Below are positions 49,716 through 64,000 of a stretch of 64,000 nucleotides of DNA, piece by piece; the stretch's first letter is position 1, and each line of letters starts with the position of its first letter. Source of the DNA: Phoronis australis (Eukaryota; Animalia; Phoronida); the NCBI GenBank assembly GCA_002633005.1, contig NMRA01000193.1, positions 307,527 to 371,526 on the forward strand, written 5' to 3'. Position numbers and translations under genes: made by a program. Under the pieces are notes generated by a model that made no database searches, had not been told where the DNA came from, and saw only the letters and a program-made list of their open reading frames with translations.

Positions 49716-52700
49716 GCATTATACATGGCCCAATGCACACACCAGGGACTTGGACTAATGAGAACAGCAATGAACTGCTTACAGACCCTCCCCCCGAGAT
49801 TATCATGTTACATACTGAGGTCCAAAAACTGATGTCAAGTTACATACTGAGGTCCAGAGCCCTGATGTCAAGTTTCATACTGAAATCCACCATACACAAT
49901 CAGCAGCACAAAACATCACACAAAGACGCTGTTTCAAGATTTTCTTATACTCCTTGCTGCCACCAGGTCAGTCACACCCAATTTGGTGAGTAGGGAACCA
50001 ACCAGTTGACTAATGCTCAAGTGCCAGAAAGCCTGTAACAAATTTGTTCAGTTTCAAATCTGTTGGGGTAATTCAAAACATTGTTGGGTCATTAGCACTG
50101 GAATTTACATTTGCCTGTGTGTTTCTATTAACTCATAAACCAGCGTACACACATGAAGAAGTCATCAGTATACCATCTGTTTAACCTTTCACTGCTGGTG
50201 CAGACCAACTCAGCTGTTGGCAGGCAACAACTTCTCTGGTAGGTGTAGTAGCACATGCCTCCAATTTGCCAATTACTCAAACCTTGTTAGACTAATCAGG
50301 ATCGAATATTCTTATTTAACCAAGCAAATGGAACACTCCTGCCACCATAATGCGATCAGGTTATTGGCGGAATTACAGCCAAATAACTGCCATAACAACA
50401 TTGGGGGCAATTGGATAAACAAAAACTGGTCAGATTTCCTGGGCAAAATGGACTTACTAGAATGCCATTAAAGTGTTGGTGTCTTGCACAACTAGTCGAA
50501 TTAATGAGAAGGCAGGATCAATGTAGAAAAGGGGCATATATGGATGACTGAAACGGAGGTATCTAATTAAAACAGGTAGTGATTATAATCTTCAGCAAAA
50601 CATGGAACGTATTCAGCAAACATAGGTACACTTGTGGCAAACATCTTGAAATGTAGGCAAGGACAAATGAGTATTACGGAAGTATACGCTGGAGCCATCC
50701 AAGGACTTGCCCTAGAACAAGTTACCTCTGAGAAAAGTTGTAAAAAGGTAGTTTGGATGACACGTGTGTGACAGCTTATCCCACCTCATCGAGAAAGGGT
50801 AATGCATTCTAAGCTAACTTGCCCAGGCACACAGCGTGGTCGCAAACCTACCAACAAGATGAACGTAATTACTATGTCTGTTGCATGCATATGGGTACCC
50901 TCATATATTTTCTTTTAATCTCAGCACGGCTGAATTCTGCTCATTGCTGCACCAACTTAAACCATCTCCAAGAGACATGAAAGACATAAAAAACTTGGCA
51001 GGAAAAATGCAAACAACTGCCATTTCAAATCTCATAAATTGATTATTTCCATGGTGTTGCAGGATGATAGGTGTATAGTACGGATGCAGATGACCAAGAA
51101 CATGACGATCAAGGGCACAAGCAGTTCATGGGTAATTTTAGAGTGAACATGACAGAACACTTGAGGTTAACTCCCATAATTCACCAGTCTGCACAGCCGC
51201 TAAATCACTTTCAGTGTGGTACCTATTTTGCTAGTGTACCTAGGTAAGGTCGAAATTTTATTCACAAAACATCAGTAAGATTTTTCTAAATGATAAGGAG
51301 ACGAGTGTGCATTTATCAGCGTTGCTGAAGTCCGTAGATGTAAGAAACTCACGAACATTCAACAGAATGCAATTCATTGTGAGATATCGTCATGCATTGG
51401 AGGCAAAGCAAGTGTGTTGAGCCTGGGGAATACACTACTGGTCTTCATTCACTCCCCCAAACATATCTCACTCCCATATGTAAACCTATAACACAACCTT
51501 GGGTTTTTTGACACCAAAACCATCTTGTAGTAATTACTCCGATATCTTACAATTTTTAACAGGACATATTTTAAGCTCCTGTTCTGTTTTCATCAAATTA
51601 TGTAAGTTTGGAATAGTTTTGTTGAACTTTCCAAATTTTTGTACGGTAGCACTATCTTGCAATATTCAATGATAGAATGTCTGTCAAATCAAGAAACTAA
51701 CTATGGAAATTTCACCTCTTGGCCACACAAACCAAAGCCAATAATGAAGAGAGTGCCTCATCACAGCCTGTGTGGATTGAGAAAACAACATTAGATAATG
51801 TTAACAAGCTGATAACTGACTCCAACATGGTGATATTAGCCTGACTAAACCAATTCAAGCTGGTGAGAGCTGCTGGGCTGTCTTGAAGCCCTGGTCACAT
51901 GTACTTGCGTGGCTATCAACAGACAGCTGATGAACTAACAAACAGACAAGGTAACAAGTTCAGTGACAATAAGAAGCTTAAGCCATCTACCAACTTAAAA
52001 AAATAATTTCACTTTGGCCAGTTTACTTGCACTCATGCTGTGGGTTTGGTTCGAGATTCAGTAGCCCAATTTCGAAAAAGGTCTTTCACATGCAACTATC
52101 ACTTCAATAACCAGTTTCCGATATAAAGCATTTGATACGCAACACTCAGTGCCACCTTTAGTTCACTCCTGTGATTTGGAGGGAGACTTAAGGGAAATGA
52201 TTTTAGTGTTTATACATGTTCTTCGCGATCATCATGCCATCAAATTACCACAGTTGTTTTGTGAGATATTCAAATGATTTACCTACCAAGTCCAGTGTTG
52301 CAAAATGTCCGCGAATGAGAGAAATATGATTTTGTTACAGTCATTTTGGCCATTCAGTCCTCCAGAATTTGATGGTAATTCTTCACTTATTTAGTGCACA
52401 ATATATGGCTGACAATGAAACTTTAAATATTTCTCCACAGAAATAAGGATTCAACATTTTAGTTGATCACTACCATGGGTTGTTCAATGTAGAAGTCACA
52501 AAACAACATTTGGGTAATGTTCTCATTATTTCTAGCCAGGTACTCGGCCTTTGAAATATGGAAAAATGTAACTTTGGTATTAATCTTTGAGCGAAATTAG
52601 AGAATTACTGCGCTCTCATGGTACCTTGTATTTGGGATATCTGATACTGTCCCATATCGCATGGCTTCAAATGGCCTTTAATTGAAGTGAATGTGACAAA

Positions 52701-54376
52701 TACGAAATATCGGGTGGATTTCTAGACCCAGGGATCTCACTGCAGAGCAAAAATGTCTCAGCTTGAAGGGAACACAGTTTAGCTCTAGAGAATTGAGTCC
52801 ATGAGGAGAGTAAAATTAACATCTCACTATATAACCAGGAGTGGTTTTGTACAGCTTAAGGTCATGGAAAAGCATAATTGACAAGAACCCATAAAGGTAA
52901 ATCAGTTGGCAATTTATGGCCGACAGGTGCAATCGAACTAAGCACCTGGGATAAAAAACTACAGCAGTCAGATTAAATGACGAGGGGATTGTCAACAAAA
53001 CGCTAATAATATTAAATGGAAAGCAGCAGCCTTTAAACTGATCATGCAAGTCTGCACAATGAAAGGATTACATCCATAGTACATAGTGACTCATTGAATA
53101 CCATTTACTTTCCATCAATTACCTACTTACAGAGACTAAGTTATTGTTCAGTAAAGTGCAAAACTAAATGCCAACAACAAAAACCAACCAGCTGTGTTGT
53201 CTATATATCCAGGCAAGCTGAGTTGTGCTTTTCATTATATGGTAGCTATTGTGTGAATAGTAAGGACCTGTACTCCAGTGAAACACAACACGCGATATCT
53301 AATTGAATCAGTTTGTAATGAACTATTCAACACAGAAAATCACCTATCACGTTGGATTAAAACGAGAAACTATGCATGGCGTGCACATTACTAATGAGGC
53401 AAAAAAACGATCAAAGGGAGTATTAATACCTATTAATGAAAGCTAGAGCGCAGAGAGAGTGCTGTGGACAGCCATAATTTGTTGAAAGCATGCTGTCTAA
53501 TAAAACCCATTAAGGACATTTAATCTGGCAGATTGGCTAGAAAAACTATCCTGGAGCTGACAAGTCCTGGAATTAGATTTGATTAGTGTGGTGCAGAGAT
53601 GGAAAAACAAGGGAGACGGCCACAAGCCAGAAGAATCAGAAATACCGCAAATAGTCAGCAGACTGGCTTCAATAACAGTTTACTGTCACTGGTCATCTGG
53701 AAGTTGGCTGGTTTTACACCAAGCACATGATGGGGAGGGAAGACAAAATTGCCAACTTCAGAATCTCTAGGAAAAAGAAGAATAGGTCCAATTTCATTCA
53801 AAATGGACACCGAGCGATAAAGACGATCCACAAATTTAAAAACAAAAACATACACTCTCAAATTTAAATGTGGAATGGAGAACAGCTATTCAAGTTCCAA
53901 AACTGACTTAAGGTTATGACACTGTGGAAACAATAGGCGTTCCAATTTCCAAACAAAATCTTAAATACCTGTCACGTGGTAGCAAGTCTGCAGATACAGT
54001 TGACCTGCTTCACAGTCTAGTAGTTGGCAGAAGAGAAAGGGCTACTTTACATTGTACAGAATATTACAACATTACTATATCTGTAACAATCTTGTCATAG
54101 ATTTCAGGTTTTTGAAACCAATCAGACTTAAGGTCAATGCAAATGATGAGTGAAGTGAGATAAACCTTGGTCCACCACACACACATGTATCCAGTGGCCT
54201 GCCACTGTGGGAACACAGCCAGTGGCATTGACTGATTACCAGCTGTTACATAACTGAATGGACATAGACAAGTGTCAGGAGACCAGCAGTCATAAACTGT
54301 GATAATCTTGGGCAATCACCAACACAGAGGACACAAACAGAGCTGTGCCCACTGGGGAGAGTGAAGAGGGACTACC

Positions 54377-54519
54377 AGGCGTGCGTTCAGTAGACGCTAG
54401 GACCTAGCTAAAACCTAGTCAAAGTCACGTGCTCTCATTTGAAATGCATGGCAATATCTCACGTAATCTCGCGAAGTCTTGCTTTTTAGCGAGGTCCTAG
54501 AGTTACTGAACGGGAGGCT
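54377..54519. mobile_element. Small Harbinger-like MITE
   Basis: cgttcagtag..ctaggacctagctaaaa pairs with ttttagcgaggtcctagagttactgaacg. Confidence 0.65.
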
Positions 54520-54644
54520 GATATCACAGAGAAAGTTCAAACAAGAGGTTCCTATTCACAGTTTGATATCACTCAAATATTTTTAGGAACAGTCAATAGT
54601 CACAAAACCATATATGGAAAATTCAAAAACAACACATGATTATA

Positions 54645-56156
54645 TTGACTCTACCGACCCATTTTTGACGGATGATGTATGACATCTGCGAACTCAACAG
54701 AATTGTCATTCACCCTATAATATTCACGATTTTTCTAAAATTTGGTTTCTACCTTACAACAGTTGAATAATATGACTGCATTTTATCGACTTTGCGAGTT
54801 CTGCCAGATAAGATATCTGATAGGTTCTCAATGACAACATCTAGCTTACAGACCAATTGGATGTCTTAGTCAATTGACCCAGTAATACCAGGGGAAGTCA
54901 ACCAAGTGCAGTCCATGTTAAATTTGAGATTATACTGAATTTACTGGAACTACTTAGTGCGCATTTTCTTAGCCATGTCTCATATAACCTTCTTGTAAAG
55001 TACCTTAGTTCACTTTCCACAGTTCGGTTACAGCGTGCAGTCAAGACCTGTCTCAATGAGCCCCCTGTGCACGGTTCCGGGGTGATTTTCTGTTCTAGCC
55101 CGAGATGTCTCAAGCTGTAGTAGGCCATAACTACCACAGCACACTAGCTACACTGACCTATTACCTATCGACCACTTTAACCTCACAAGCATCTTCTTAT
55201 AAAACCTTTAAGCATAACACTTCAATCAATATTACTTTATATTACAAAATCAAGCGCCCAATACAAATTCCTTTGTCTCAAAAAACCCTTTCCTTCAGAA
55301 GACTCCTTTGAAATTTGAAATCAATACGGTGGTATGATAGCTCTTCATCTAGTACACAATATGGAGGATAAGGGAATTACTTTTTTCTAATTTGTCAACA
55401 ACAATCAAACTTAAGGTTATCTCAAAAGTTATTCAGTGGTCTCCTTTCTAACTTGTAAATCAAAAAAACTCGCTTTGTTAAAGTATAAATTTTCTGAAAG
55501 AAAAAAGATCAGGGAATATAAAAATACATTTTATATATACGTGCCCTTGTTATTCATACGTTAACACCTTTTTTGGTCAAAATTTTGTATTTATAAAAAG
55601 AAAGGTACATTCAGTCACATTTATTGAAACCTTTTTTAAAAGAAAACTTCACCACTTACTTGAAAGAGCTGTTAGAAATTTTCGATTAGTCTTTTAGTTT
55701 TGTTGCAAAACAAAGTATTTTTTTGTAAAAACTAGCTGTCATATTCCTCTTTGTTACATTACGGAAAAACCCATGCCTTTATATCGAAAATCCTAAAGGC
55801 ATTTTTGAGATTGATGAAGAAATATTAAGTTTGGAAAGTTACAGCGAAATCCACCAAACCGTTTTCGAGAACTCGTGTTCCTAAGTTCAAATTAAGTCGA
55901 TTTGCCGAAGCCAAGAAAAAGCCGATTAAGTTGTGAGACGTGAAAATCTCAAGGTCTTTGGTTAATTATTTGGCGAAAACTTGTTTTTGGTCAATATAAC
56001 CTATACATGCCTTAAACATGTTAGCTACTTCAACATTCACTCGCAATGTCGACTGAATTTGCAGTGCGTAATCAACTTAATTATCACTAAAATGTTTTAA
56101 TTTTCTACGTGGGGTTTCCTGTACCTCGTTTTATCAAGGTCAGAAGGTAGAGTCAA
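54645..56156. mobile_element. ~1.5-kb non-autonomous DNA element
   Basis: 11-bp perfect TIR TTGACTCTACC / GGTAGAGTCAA bounding an AT-rich block compositionally distinct from the flanking intron; no TSD seen. Confidence 0.45.
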
Positions 56157-59100
56157 CAGTAAGTAGGCCAACAGTTCATTGTATACACACCACACGCTGG
56201 GGAGAGTGATATCAAGTACAAAATAGACAATAGAAATCAAGTCGGTAATTAAAGCGCCCGTGAGCACGAGATTAAAACATCAAAATGTCAAATTACTGAT
56301 CAAATTAATGAATTTCGGGGAGGATTTATCTTTTTTTTAACAAGTTGCCGGATTAGTGAACTCTCGAGTCACAGAGACGATTCAATCAGCGACTCTGAGC
56401 ATTCACTCTAAACAGTAGTATTGAAGCAGATGCACAACTCCCTCAGGATAAAAACTGTTTTATCTTTGTTTTACGTGGCATCTTTCTATGCTATGCACAC
56501 CTCATTGACTCAATATTATGGCGACTCAGTGAATGAAAGGACTGAGTGTACATACGAGATGCCAGCAGATTCGATTTGAGTGACAACCCCGTAACCTTTG
56601 ATCTCGGATAAGTAGTAAAGAAATTTCCACGCAGTTGTGTGGTTCCAAAGTTGTTCCGCAAAATCTTTTTTTCTTGCTACACAGTGTATACTTCGTATTT
56701 GAAGTGAGAATAAAGATAACGCATTTTAAGAAAATCTAGTCTTAATATAGCTAGGATGGAACAGTTTAGATGTCACGAAAACATTTGAGAAAGTTCCCAT
56801 GATTTGCGGCGAGATAATCAGCTTTTGAAAAATAGAAAAATGACAATTTTGGTGATTAGTTTCATGCAAAATAAGTAAGAATTACCGTGTTTATAATGCA
56901 AAGCATGCAGCATCTACACTTCACAGATGGCAGTGAAAATGTTATTAAAATAATTATAGGACAACAAAAAACTATCACACTTGTACATGACAAGTGACAA
57001 GCCATTGTTCAGCAACACACAGCCACACAAGGCCTGAATCCCATGAGGGGAACAATGAATCATCCCACTTGCTTATTCAAAGCAGGCTTGACTTGAACAT
57101 CCAATGATGGACATGTTGAAAACTTGATAAGAACAGGACCAGAGTAGGATATCTTCACTAGGGTAACAGCCAACACTAATGCTGATCTACCAAGAGCAAC
57201 ATTAAACACCTATAATGTCACAGTTCACTACCGACATCTAATACCTTGTATAATGTAGCCAGTAACTGTCAATAGGTCAAAAAGCTAGGACCAGCTTTAA
57301 ATGACTGCAGTGTTGTTGATACTAGCTGTATGCTTCATAAAACCAGGCTCTGATATCATCCAACTGGTCTATCACCTGTCTACCAGCACAGAGACCAAGT
57401 GATCCACAGGAACTCAATCTAAAGGCTGCACTCCCGCTGAGCTGGCTTTACATGACATTTCACACACACATCCATTGGATAGCCATGAAGAACCCTTCAA
57501 ACACCTCAGGAGGACACTGATCCCCAGTAAAGCCTCTTGTAATGCTGTTCAGGCTTCATTGGCCTTTATGAACTAGTCCAACTTACTGAGTCTGAGGACT
57601 GGCCTTCAAGCCACACTGGTCTCATAACTACTGCTAATCACCTTTAACATCCCTGTGAAAGCTCAGTGCTGAGGGGCTCCTGTTGGGGGCACCCAGTCTG
57701 CAAACACTGGCAACGGAGCTGTACTGATGGTAGGTAAAACACAAAAGCACGGCTAAGTTTACACACAATCTTATCAGCTTGGCTGGCATGGAGAAGAAGA
57801 CCTTCAAGTGACTCCAGGCAACTCTGGGACACAAGCCACAACACAACAAATGTAAAGTGAGTGAAACAGTGTGAGTGATGCAAGTCAACAGCAAACAGTG
57901 AAATCTACCAAATGCATTAACAGTGCAGCCCCAAGAGGTTAGGAGGCTTCACTGGTACAGAAATGAAGCTTATAAAGTTTGATTAAAACTAAAGTTTACT
58001 GCAGACGGAGAGCTACAAACTCAGCTGACTGCCTGAAGCTCATTGCTCGGGATACCAGCACACAGCGAAGCTAAATGCTCAATGAGTTGTTAACTATGTT
58101 TGTAGAAATCAGAACAAAAGTAGAACACAGGATGACAGTGAGCCAACCAGAGATTTGCTGTCAGGTGATGCAATAATTTATTTCCAATGGCTGCTGATAG
58201 CAAAGCACTTAGCTTACTATCCCCACATGCTGTGAAGATTTAGGTATGCTCTCCAGGAAAAAGAGAGCTAACAACTGAGACATCTGGTTCAGCTGCATCA
58301 CGAGGCGAAATCCTCATAGTTCAATTTGCCGCAGACGTGAGATATGAGCTTAGCTCATTTGCATTTGAGGTGGCCTTTAGAAAAACATAGTTCCGGCACA
58401 GACTACTTCCACAAAACATAGCGTAAAAGATCAAACAAATAATTCCAGAACGATCCCTCCACAGATGTTCATCAGTATTCCAGACTTTTACTCAATATCA
58501 GTACACATCAACATTGTCTATCATGCACATAAGAAGTAAATATATTCCAACTGGTCAGTTTACAGCTCAAGAGACTCACTCTCATCACTCCTACTGGACC
58601 CTCTCAAGTGAGTGGCTTGAATATATACCAGTTGATACAGCCTCAAGAGCTATCAGGGTCCCACTTCAACACATAATACACCACTCCACAGCCAGATGTC
58701 TAGAGCTGATCTGGTTAACAAGAAATCCCACAATAAACCATCACTGACACTTTTATACCCAAGTTCTCCAACATTTCCCATAGCACCAACCATAACATAC
58801 TAGCTATACAAGCCAGGAAATTCAGTCAAATCTCATTAACCAAATGGAGGATACACAACCTCCCACCAAAGTTTTTAGAGTAATACCCACAATCCAGAGA
58901 ATCCATTATCTGATGCTAGTGTGCAAATAGCATCAGACACCTTGTCCTAATCCAATTAGATGTTAATAGTTATAACAAGCTATCAGCGCCACCATTAACA
59001 ATATGTCATAATTCAATTTCCACAACTTCCAGGGTTCCACATTGCCCATAACATTTGTGGCAAAAACTGACAATTACTAATTTCCTATGATCCTTATCCC

Positions 59101-62100
59101 AACATCTGCTGCTAGTGTGCTGAACTTAAGCAATACCTACGTCAATTTTAGTTTAATTAATTTTAATAAGCTTCCTGCACCAGTGCAACTTCACCCTTCC
59201 ACTGACAGCCTACAGCATTAATTCTTATTAAGTTATTTAGTACACAATACGGCAGAAAACTGAAATTCTAATTTGTCACTTTTCTAACCAAACATAAGAA
59301 ATAAACAGAGAATTGCTCTATAGTTTAACACACTAAATGCAACACTGTAAATCAGCAGCTAATGAAATTCTTATTTTCAAAGACTAGCTGGCCAACTAGC
59401 ACAGGATTCAAATGGTCTCGTATTACACAAATTCCTACCAGATCTGAGTGTATCACCTACAATTTTATAACAGATCTCAAAGGCCATCAGCATTGCCAAT
59501 GTATTCTCTCCAAAGACACCCTGGTGTGCTCCTGTGCCTGTCCAACTCAAACGCTATACTGAGCCCACTTAAGGCCACACAAATTGACATCTAGGGGTGT
59601 CATCTCTCCTGTTCTCACAGCTAGTCCTTCATTAAGGGCACAATTAGATCAATTGTATCTTGCCACAGGACAATCACTGGCTGACACATCGATTGATACC
59701 GAGAACACCATTCAGTGGCAAAGTGTAACAACTCCTCATCACATGGGCCAATGTATGCTACTGAAGAATGAAACACGTAATACAACATGAACAAATGCCA
59801 CTTAATCGCAGTTAGGTATCCTTCCAATCCTGTGTAATCTATTTCATGCAATCTACGGGCCAGTCTTGTTGCACAAAATTGGTTAATCTGAGTGTATGGC
59901 AAAGTATCATAAGTAGATGCCCTAGTATAACCATATACATACGGTTAACGACCTGAGCAAGTCTGGAAATGGGGGGGGGGGCTATAAGTTTTATGGAATC
60001 AGACCCTGAAGTTCAAAGAATATGCCACCACAAAGCTATTTGCCCGTGTGAGAGTTGAAGCACTGCTTTCTAACATAATCGCGTATTTGAATGGCAGTGT
60101 ATGCAACTTGACAAAATTTATATGAAAAAACAATGCTTACTTCGTTCTACATCGAAAATAGGATTTAAAAGATTTTCGTGAAAAAATGAAGTTGAATAAG
60201 ATGATAATGAAATGATATTTTAGAAAACAGTAGCATTGCTTTTGAGAGCTCATCTGAAACTTTATATCGAATAAAATTTTGTCGTTATTGACACTTTTAT
60301 TTCCCATCAATTGTACCTTTCTTTTCACTAAATTTTATTTAAGACATGGTCACATGACCCACTGATAGATTGGTAAATAAGTTGAAAATCCAATTCTGCA
60401 AGCATTCTGCTTTCATTACAGTTAGAACCAGTAGTTTTGTATAAATTTGCTTAAAAATTAACACATGTTCACTCACTTCTTGTGGTGCTGTTCTACTCCA
60501 GTTTGCCTATGACCGCTATTGAAAGCTTGCTTACACTGTGCACAACTAGCGACAAATACCAGTACTCCATCAGTGACCAGTGCTCCATCTGTAACCAGTC
60601 TGTTCCTGTCCACAGCCATCAGCGAAAGAAGGAAACCAAGTGGCCACTTCACACATTATCAGGGTGCAAGCACCCTCCACTCTAGAGCCACTTATAGAGT
60701 CCTTGGCCACTTGGTTCAAGGTCTAAATATCCAACCAAACAAGTAGTGGGAGGTTAGAGGAGCTCTTACAGCACTTGTACCACATAAATTCTTTTGTCAG
60801 ATGCTATCAGTTTCCATACAGTCAGAGTTATTTAGGATAGCCTACAGTAGGCCAGGATTTAAGATACCATCCATGTGCAGGGAAGAAAGTTTGTCAGCTA
60901 GCAGTCACCAGAAAGTAGTCATAACAGACCTTTATTAGGAGCAAATGCCTGTGAGAGTCTTCATCATGCCAGTAATACCTCTTGGAGACATACTCAAGTC
61001 CACTCTGTCACATTCAAGAGCTCAGTGGCCAATTACAGGTCCTAGACACACACTGTGTGTACAGAGGGGGTAAATAGCCATCAGTTCTCATAACAACAGT
61101 CTGACGGCACTCAGCACATCACTTCAACACTCTTAGAGAGACCTCATTGTTCCTTGTACATGTCAGCCAGGGGAGAGTGTGCCAAAGGCCCCCTCTCTTA
61201 CACACACACAAACTTGCAACAAACAAAAGAATCAAACCACAATAGTACTTGCTTCAAGACAAATGCCTGGGTATCAGCACACAAGGTAAACACTACTGGC
61301 ATCTGTCCTCTCATGTTCATGGTAAGAAGTGAGCACAAACCTGTCTCTCTCTAGTACCTACTGTATGTCTACTTAACCTAGTTCACTTGACTGTTAATTC
61401 ATAACATGTCCATGTGTATCATCTTGGACATTTACCAGAAGAAATCCCCAAAGTAATAGTTTGTTATTATATCATTTTGGTCTGTGGCACGGGTTGATTG
61501 TCGACCCTGGCATGACCCAGCCAAATATGTCAGGTGTAAATGGCAGACCGTGTATTCAATTCACTGCGTTAACCCAACTCAAGTGTTTGGTGATCACCTG
61601 GAGAGGCTTTAAGTAGGGCTTAAGCATGTCTCGAAATGAGTAGTGAAATAAATCTGTGACATGGAGTGGCTCAGTGACACCAAGTGGACCCTGTCAAGTG
61701 AGCACGCCATAGTATGACAGACACCGGACTGATCGCCTGACCGGCTCTCTCTCAGCAGCCAATTCAGCATGCCCCCCACATGATGCCAACGGATATCTCA
61801 AAGAGAACTACATCCAAGTGAGATTCCAGGAAATGGATTTTTATTTTGACTGAAACACACTGTTCAACTGACAAACAAAAGGAACAACACAGAACTAACG
61901 CTATGCCCAAGAAAAAACAAAATTAGTTTTTATAACTGATGGCTATGTATTGCCAAACATCTGGATGCATCATCAGGAAGAATCTCTGTAAAATTTCAAT
62001 GTACAATTCCTTAATCTGACTTTATGAAGAACGGTTAAGGTTATATGGAACCCTATAAATTTGGCTAATGGAACATCATAAATATGAAATGGCCATCGGA

Positions 62101-62454
62101 TTCCTATGAAATTTTCAAATACTATATTAATGCCTCATTTTCCAAAATGCTGCAAAGAACTGTTTTTAAAATGTTCTACTTTTGAATGAGACACTAGAGA
62201 AATAAGAACTTTATGATTTTCACGAAAAAAAATCGAAAGCAGCCTAAAACAAAAACAAAAACAAAGTAATGATTCTGAAAATGATAACAGGGTTTTCACT
62301 TAACTGTGCCAGCATAGGAGCATCTATATAAAGTATGACAGTAGTAAGCACATATAGAGGTGCCGTCTGATGTGTGGCTCATCTAAATTGCCATAAGATG
62401 GCGCTATGAAAATGCTGCAGGTGTAACTCCTTATAAATTTGAAGTGTATGTATT

Positions 62455-62517
62455 GTGTGTGTGTGTGTTTGTGTGTGTTATGTGTGTGTGTGTGCGTGTG
62501 CGTGTGCGTGTGCGTGT
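62455..62517. repeat. (GT)n/(GTGC GT)n microsatellite
   Basis: Read directly. Confidence 0.9.
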
Positions 62518-62817
62518 AATAAATGGAATGAAGTGTTTATAGTGGTCGAATGGTGAATGTTTCAAAAAAGTACAAAAAAGTACAATACCACAACAGGTGC
62601 CATTCATTTACAGGGAAACCTGCCCCTGTGTCATTCTCATCACGTAGAAGTAGCCCGTTGACTTGACGTTGGCATGAAGGGCCATTTACGGAGCATTGCA
62701 AAGAGTAACTGAAAACAACTAGTAGACAACTGGTTGAATTCTTATTTCAACATCATTTCTATGAAAATGACAAAAGCATAAAAGGACAATGTGGACCCTA
62801 GAATTTGATAGTAAGAA

Positions 62818-63039
62818 TACACACGCAACACAACACACGCAACACAACACACGCAACACAACACACGCAACACAACACACGCAAAACACACACACACANN
62901 NNNNNNNNNNNNNNNNNNNNNNNNNNNNNNNNNNNNNNNNNNNNNNNNNNNNNNNNNNNNNNNNNNNNNNNNNNNNNNNNNNNNNNNNNNNNNNNNNACA
63001 CCCAGACACACACACACACACACACACACAGACACACAG

Positions 63040-63072
<33 letters not shown>

Positions 63073-63101
63073 GACAGACACACACACACACACACACACA
63101 C
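62818..63101. repeat. CA-rich simple repeat (ACACGCAACACAAC units and (CA)n) spanning a gap
   Basis: Read directly; N-gap 62899-62997. Confidence 0.9.
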
Positions 63102-64000
63102 TGTTCATCACAACAGAAAACCAGACAAGCACTAATCATAACTAACTGCCATGGGAACACAGATTAAACATACCAGAAAAAAATGCGCTAAAACACAAAT
63201 TTTCAGCGACACACTATCTCCATATTTTGAAGCCACTCAGAAAACATGGTGATACAACCACTCTACCAAAGGTTACACCAGGCTTGAATAAACTTTCCTT
63301 TTCACCTGTGCTTTTAGTTTACAGTCCATACCTTTGGGGCTGCAACTGTCTTTGATCCTCAAAGCACTGTTGACACAGCTTAACAGAGGACGTGCCCAAC
63401 TCAATGAAATGGACAAATTTAGACGTTTGGTGAATAAACAGAGTTCAGTGTCAACACAGTAGATCCCACGGCAGCTCAGATAGTAGCTGGAGCCTGAACA
63501 ATGGGAAATCAATACGATTGGAGAAGTATTATTGCACTGCCTTCGGCATGACTACATAGGATTGCCGTGTGGAGAGACCCGGTAAATGATCGACTAACGG
63601 AGAGTCGATGCCAGCAGCACAGTTAATAACACTGAGTAGTGCCAGCAGCGATTGTAACGGTAGTTAAGAGTGGAGAAAAGGCTCGACTACCTAAAGGCTA
63701 CTAGGATTACTTATACTGGAAAAAACAAAACTACAGTATATAGCAGATCTGGTGCATCAGAGCACGGTGGAGAGTGACACCTGTGGGTTACAAGACTAGT
63801 GAGGAAAATCAGCAAGGTACACGAGAAATGCTAAAAAAGAACATTTAGATACCAGATGGATTGAACCAAACCAAAGAAATCACAAACCAAACGCAACATA
63901 AGATGAGTAGCAGGCAAATGAATGGAGGTGGATCATGTAAAAGGAGTCTCATGAGCATATTGGAACTAATTAAATACAAAAGCTTGCTCCAATATCTGCC

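Noticed and set aside
49346-49738. 130-aa Cys/Trp/His-rich ORF
   Set aside because: Artefact of the 14-bp tandem repeat.
61480-61645. Structured SINE- or ribozyme-like segment; also a tRNA-like head at ~9840-9930
   Set aside because: Could not fit a tRNA cloverleaf or a known ribozyme consensus by eye; probably SINE remnants.
62719-63167. CV/HT-repeat ORFs, also at 43011-43343 and the poly-X ORFs at 5061-5510
   Set aside because: Microsatellite and N-gap artefacts.

Overview
AT-rich animal (invertebrate-like) genomic DNA with GT-AG introns and several N-gaps. Three intron-containing protein-coding genes lie on the minus strand. (1) A complete 4-exon, 233-aa glutathione S-transferase (2295-5741). 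(2) A SETD6-type lysine methyltransferase (9259-24754): 10 exons are traceable, but the central catalytic SET exon(s) are missing, probably in the gap at 17245-17300. (3) The 3' 12 exons (845 aa) of an AUTS2/FBRSL1-family gene (30489-44851), with an inferred ~2.2-kb 3' UTR and a >19-kb intron running off the right edge. Introns and intergenic DNA carry many MITEs/foldback elements with 3-, 5-, 6-, 8- and 9-bp target-site duplications, plus mini- and microsatellites. Most notable: an intronic AUTS2 minisatellite that reads as an array of ~16 UGCAUG (RBFOX) motifs on the transcribed strand; a GST of apparent bacterial/fungal-like type with an ARE and MITE-borne XRE-like cores upstream; a 612-bp foldback in SETD6 intron 1; and homeodomain-site-rich enhancer-like blocks in AUTS2 introns. 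All homology calls are from remembered motifs, not database searches.
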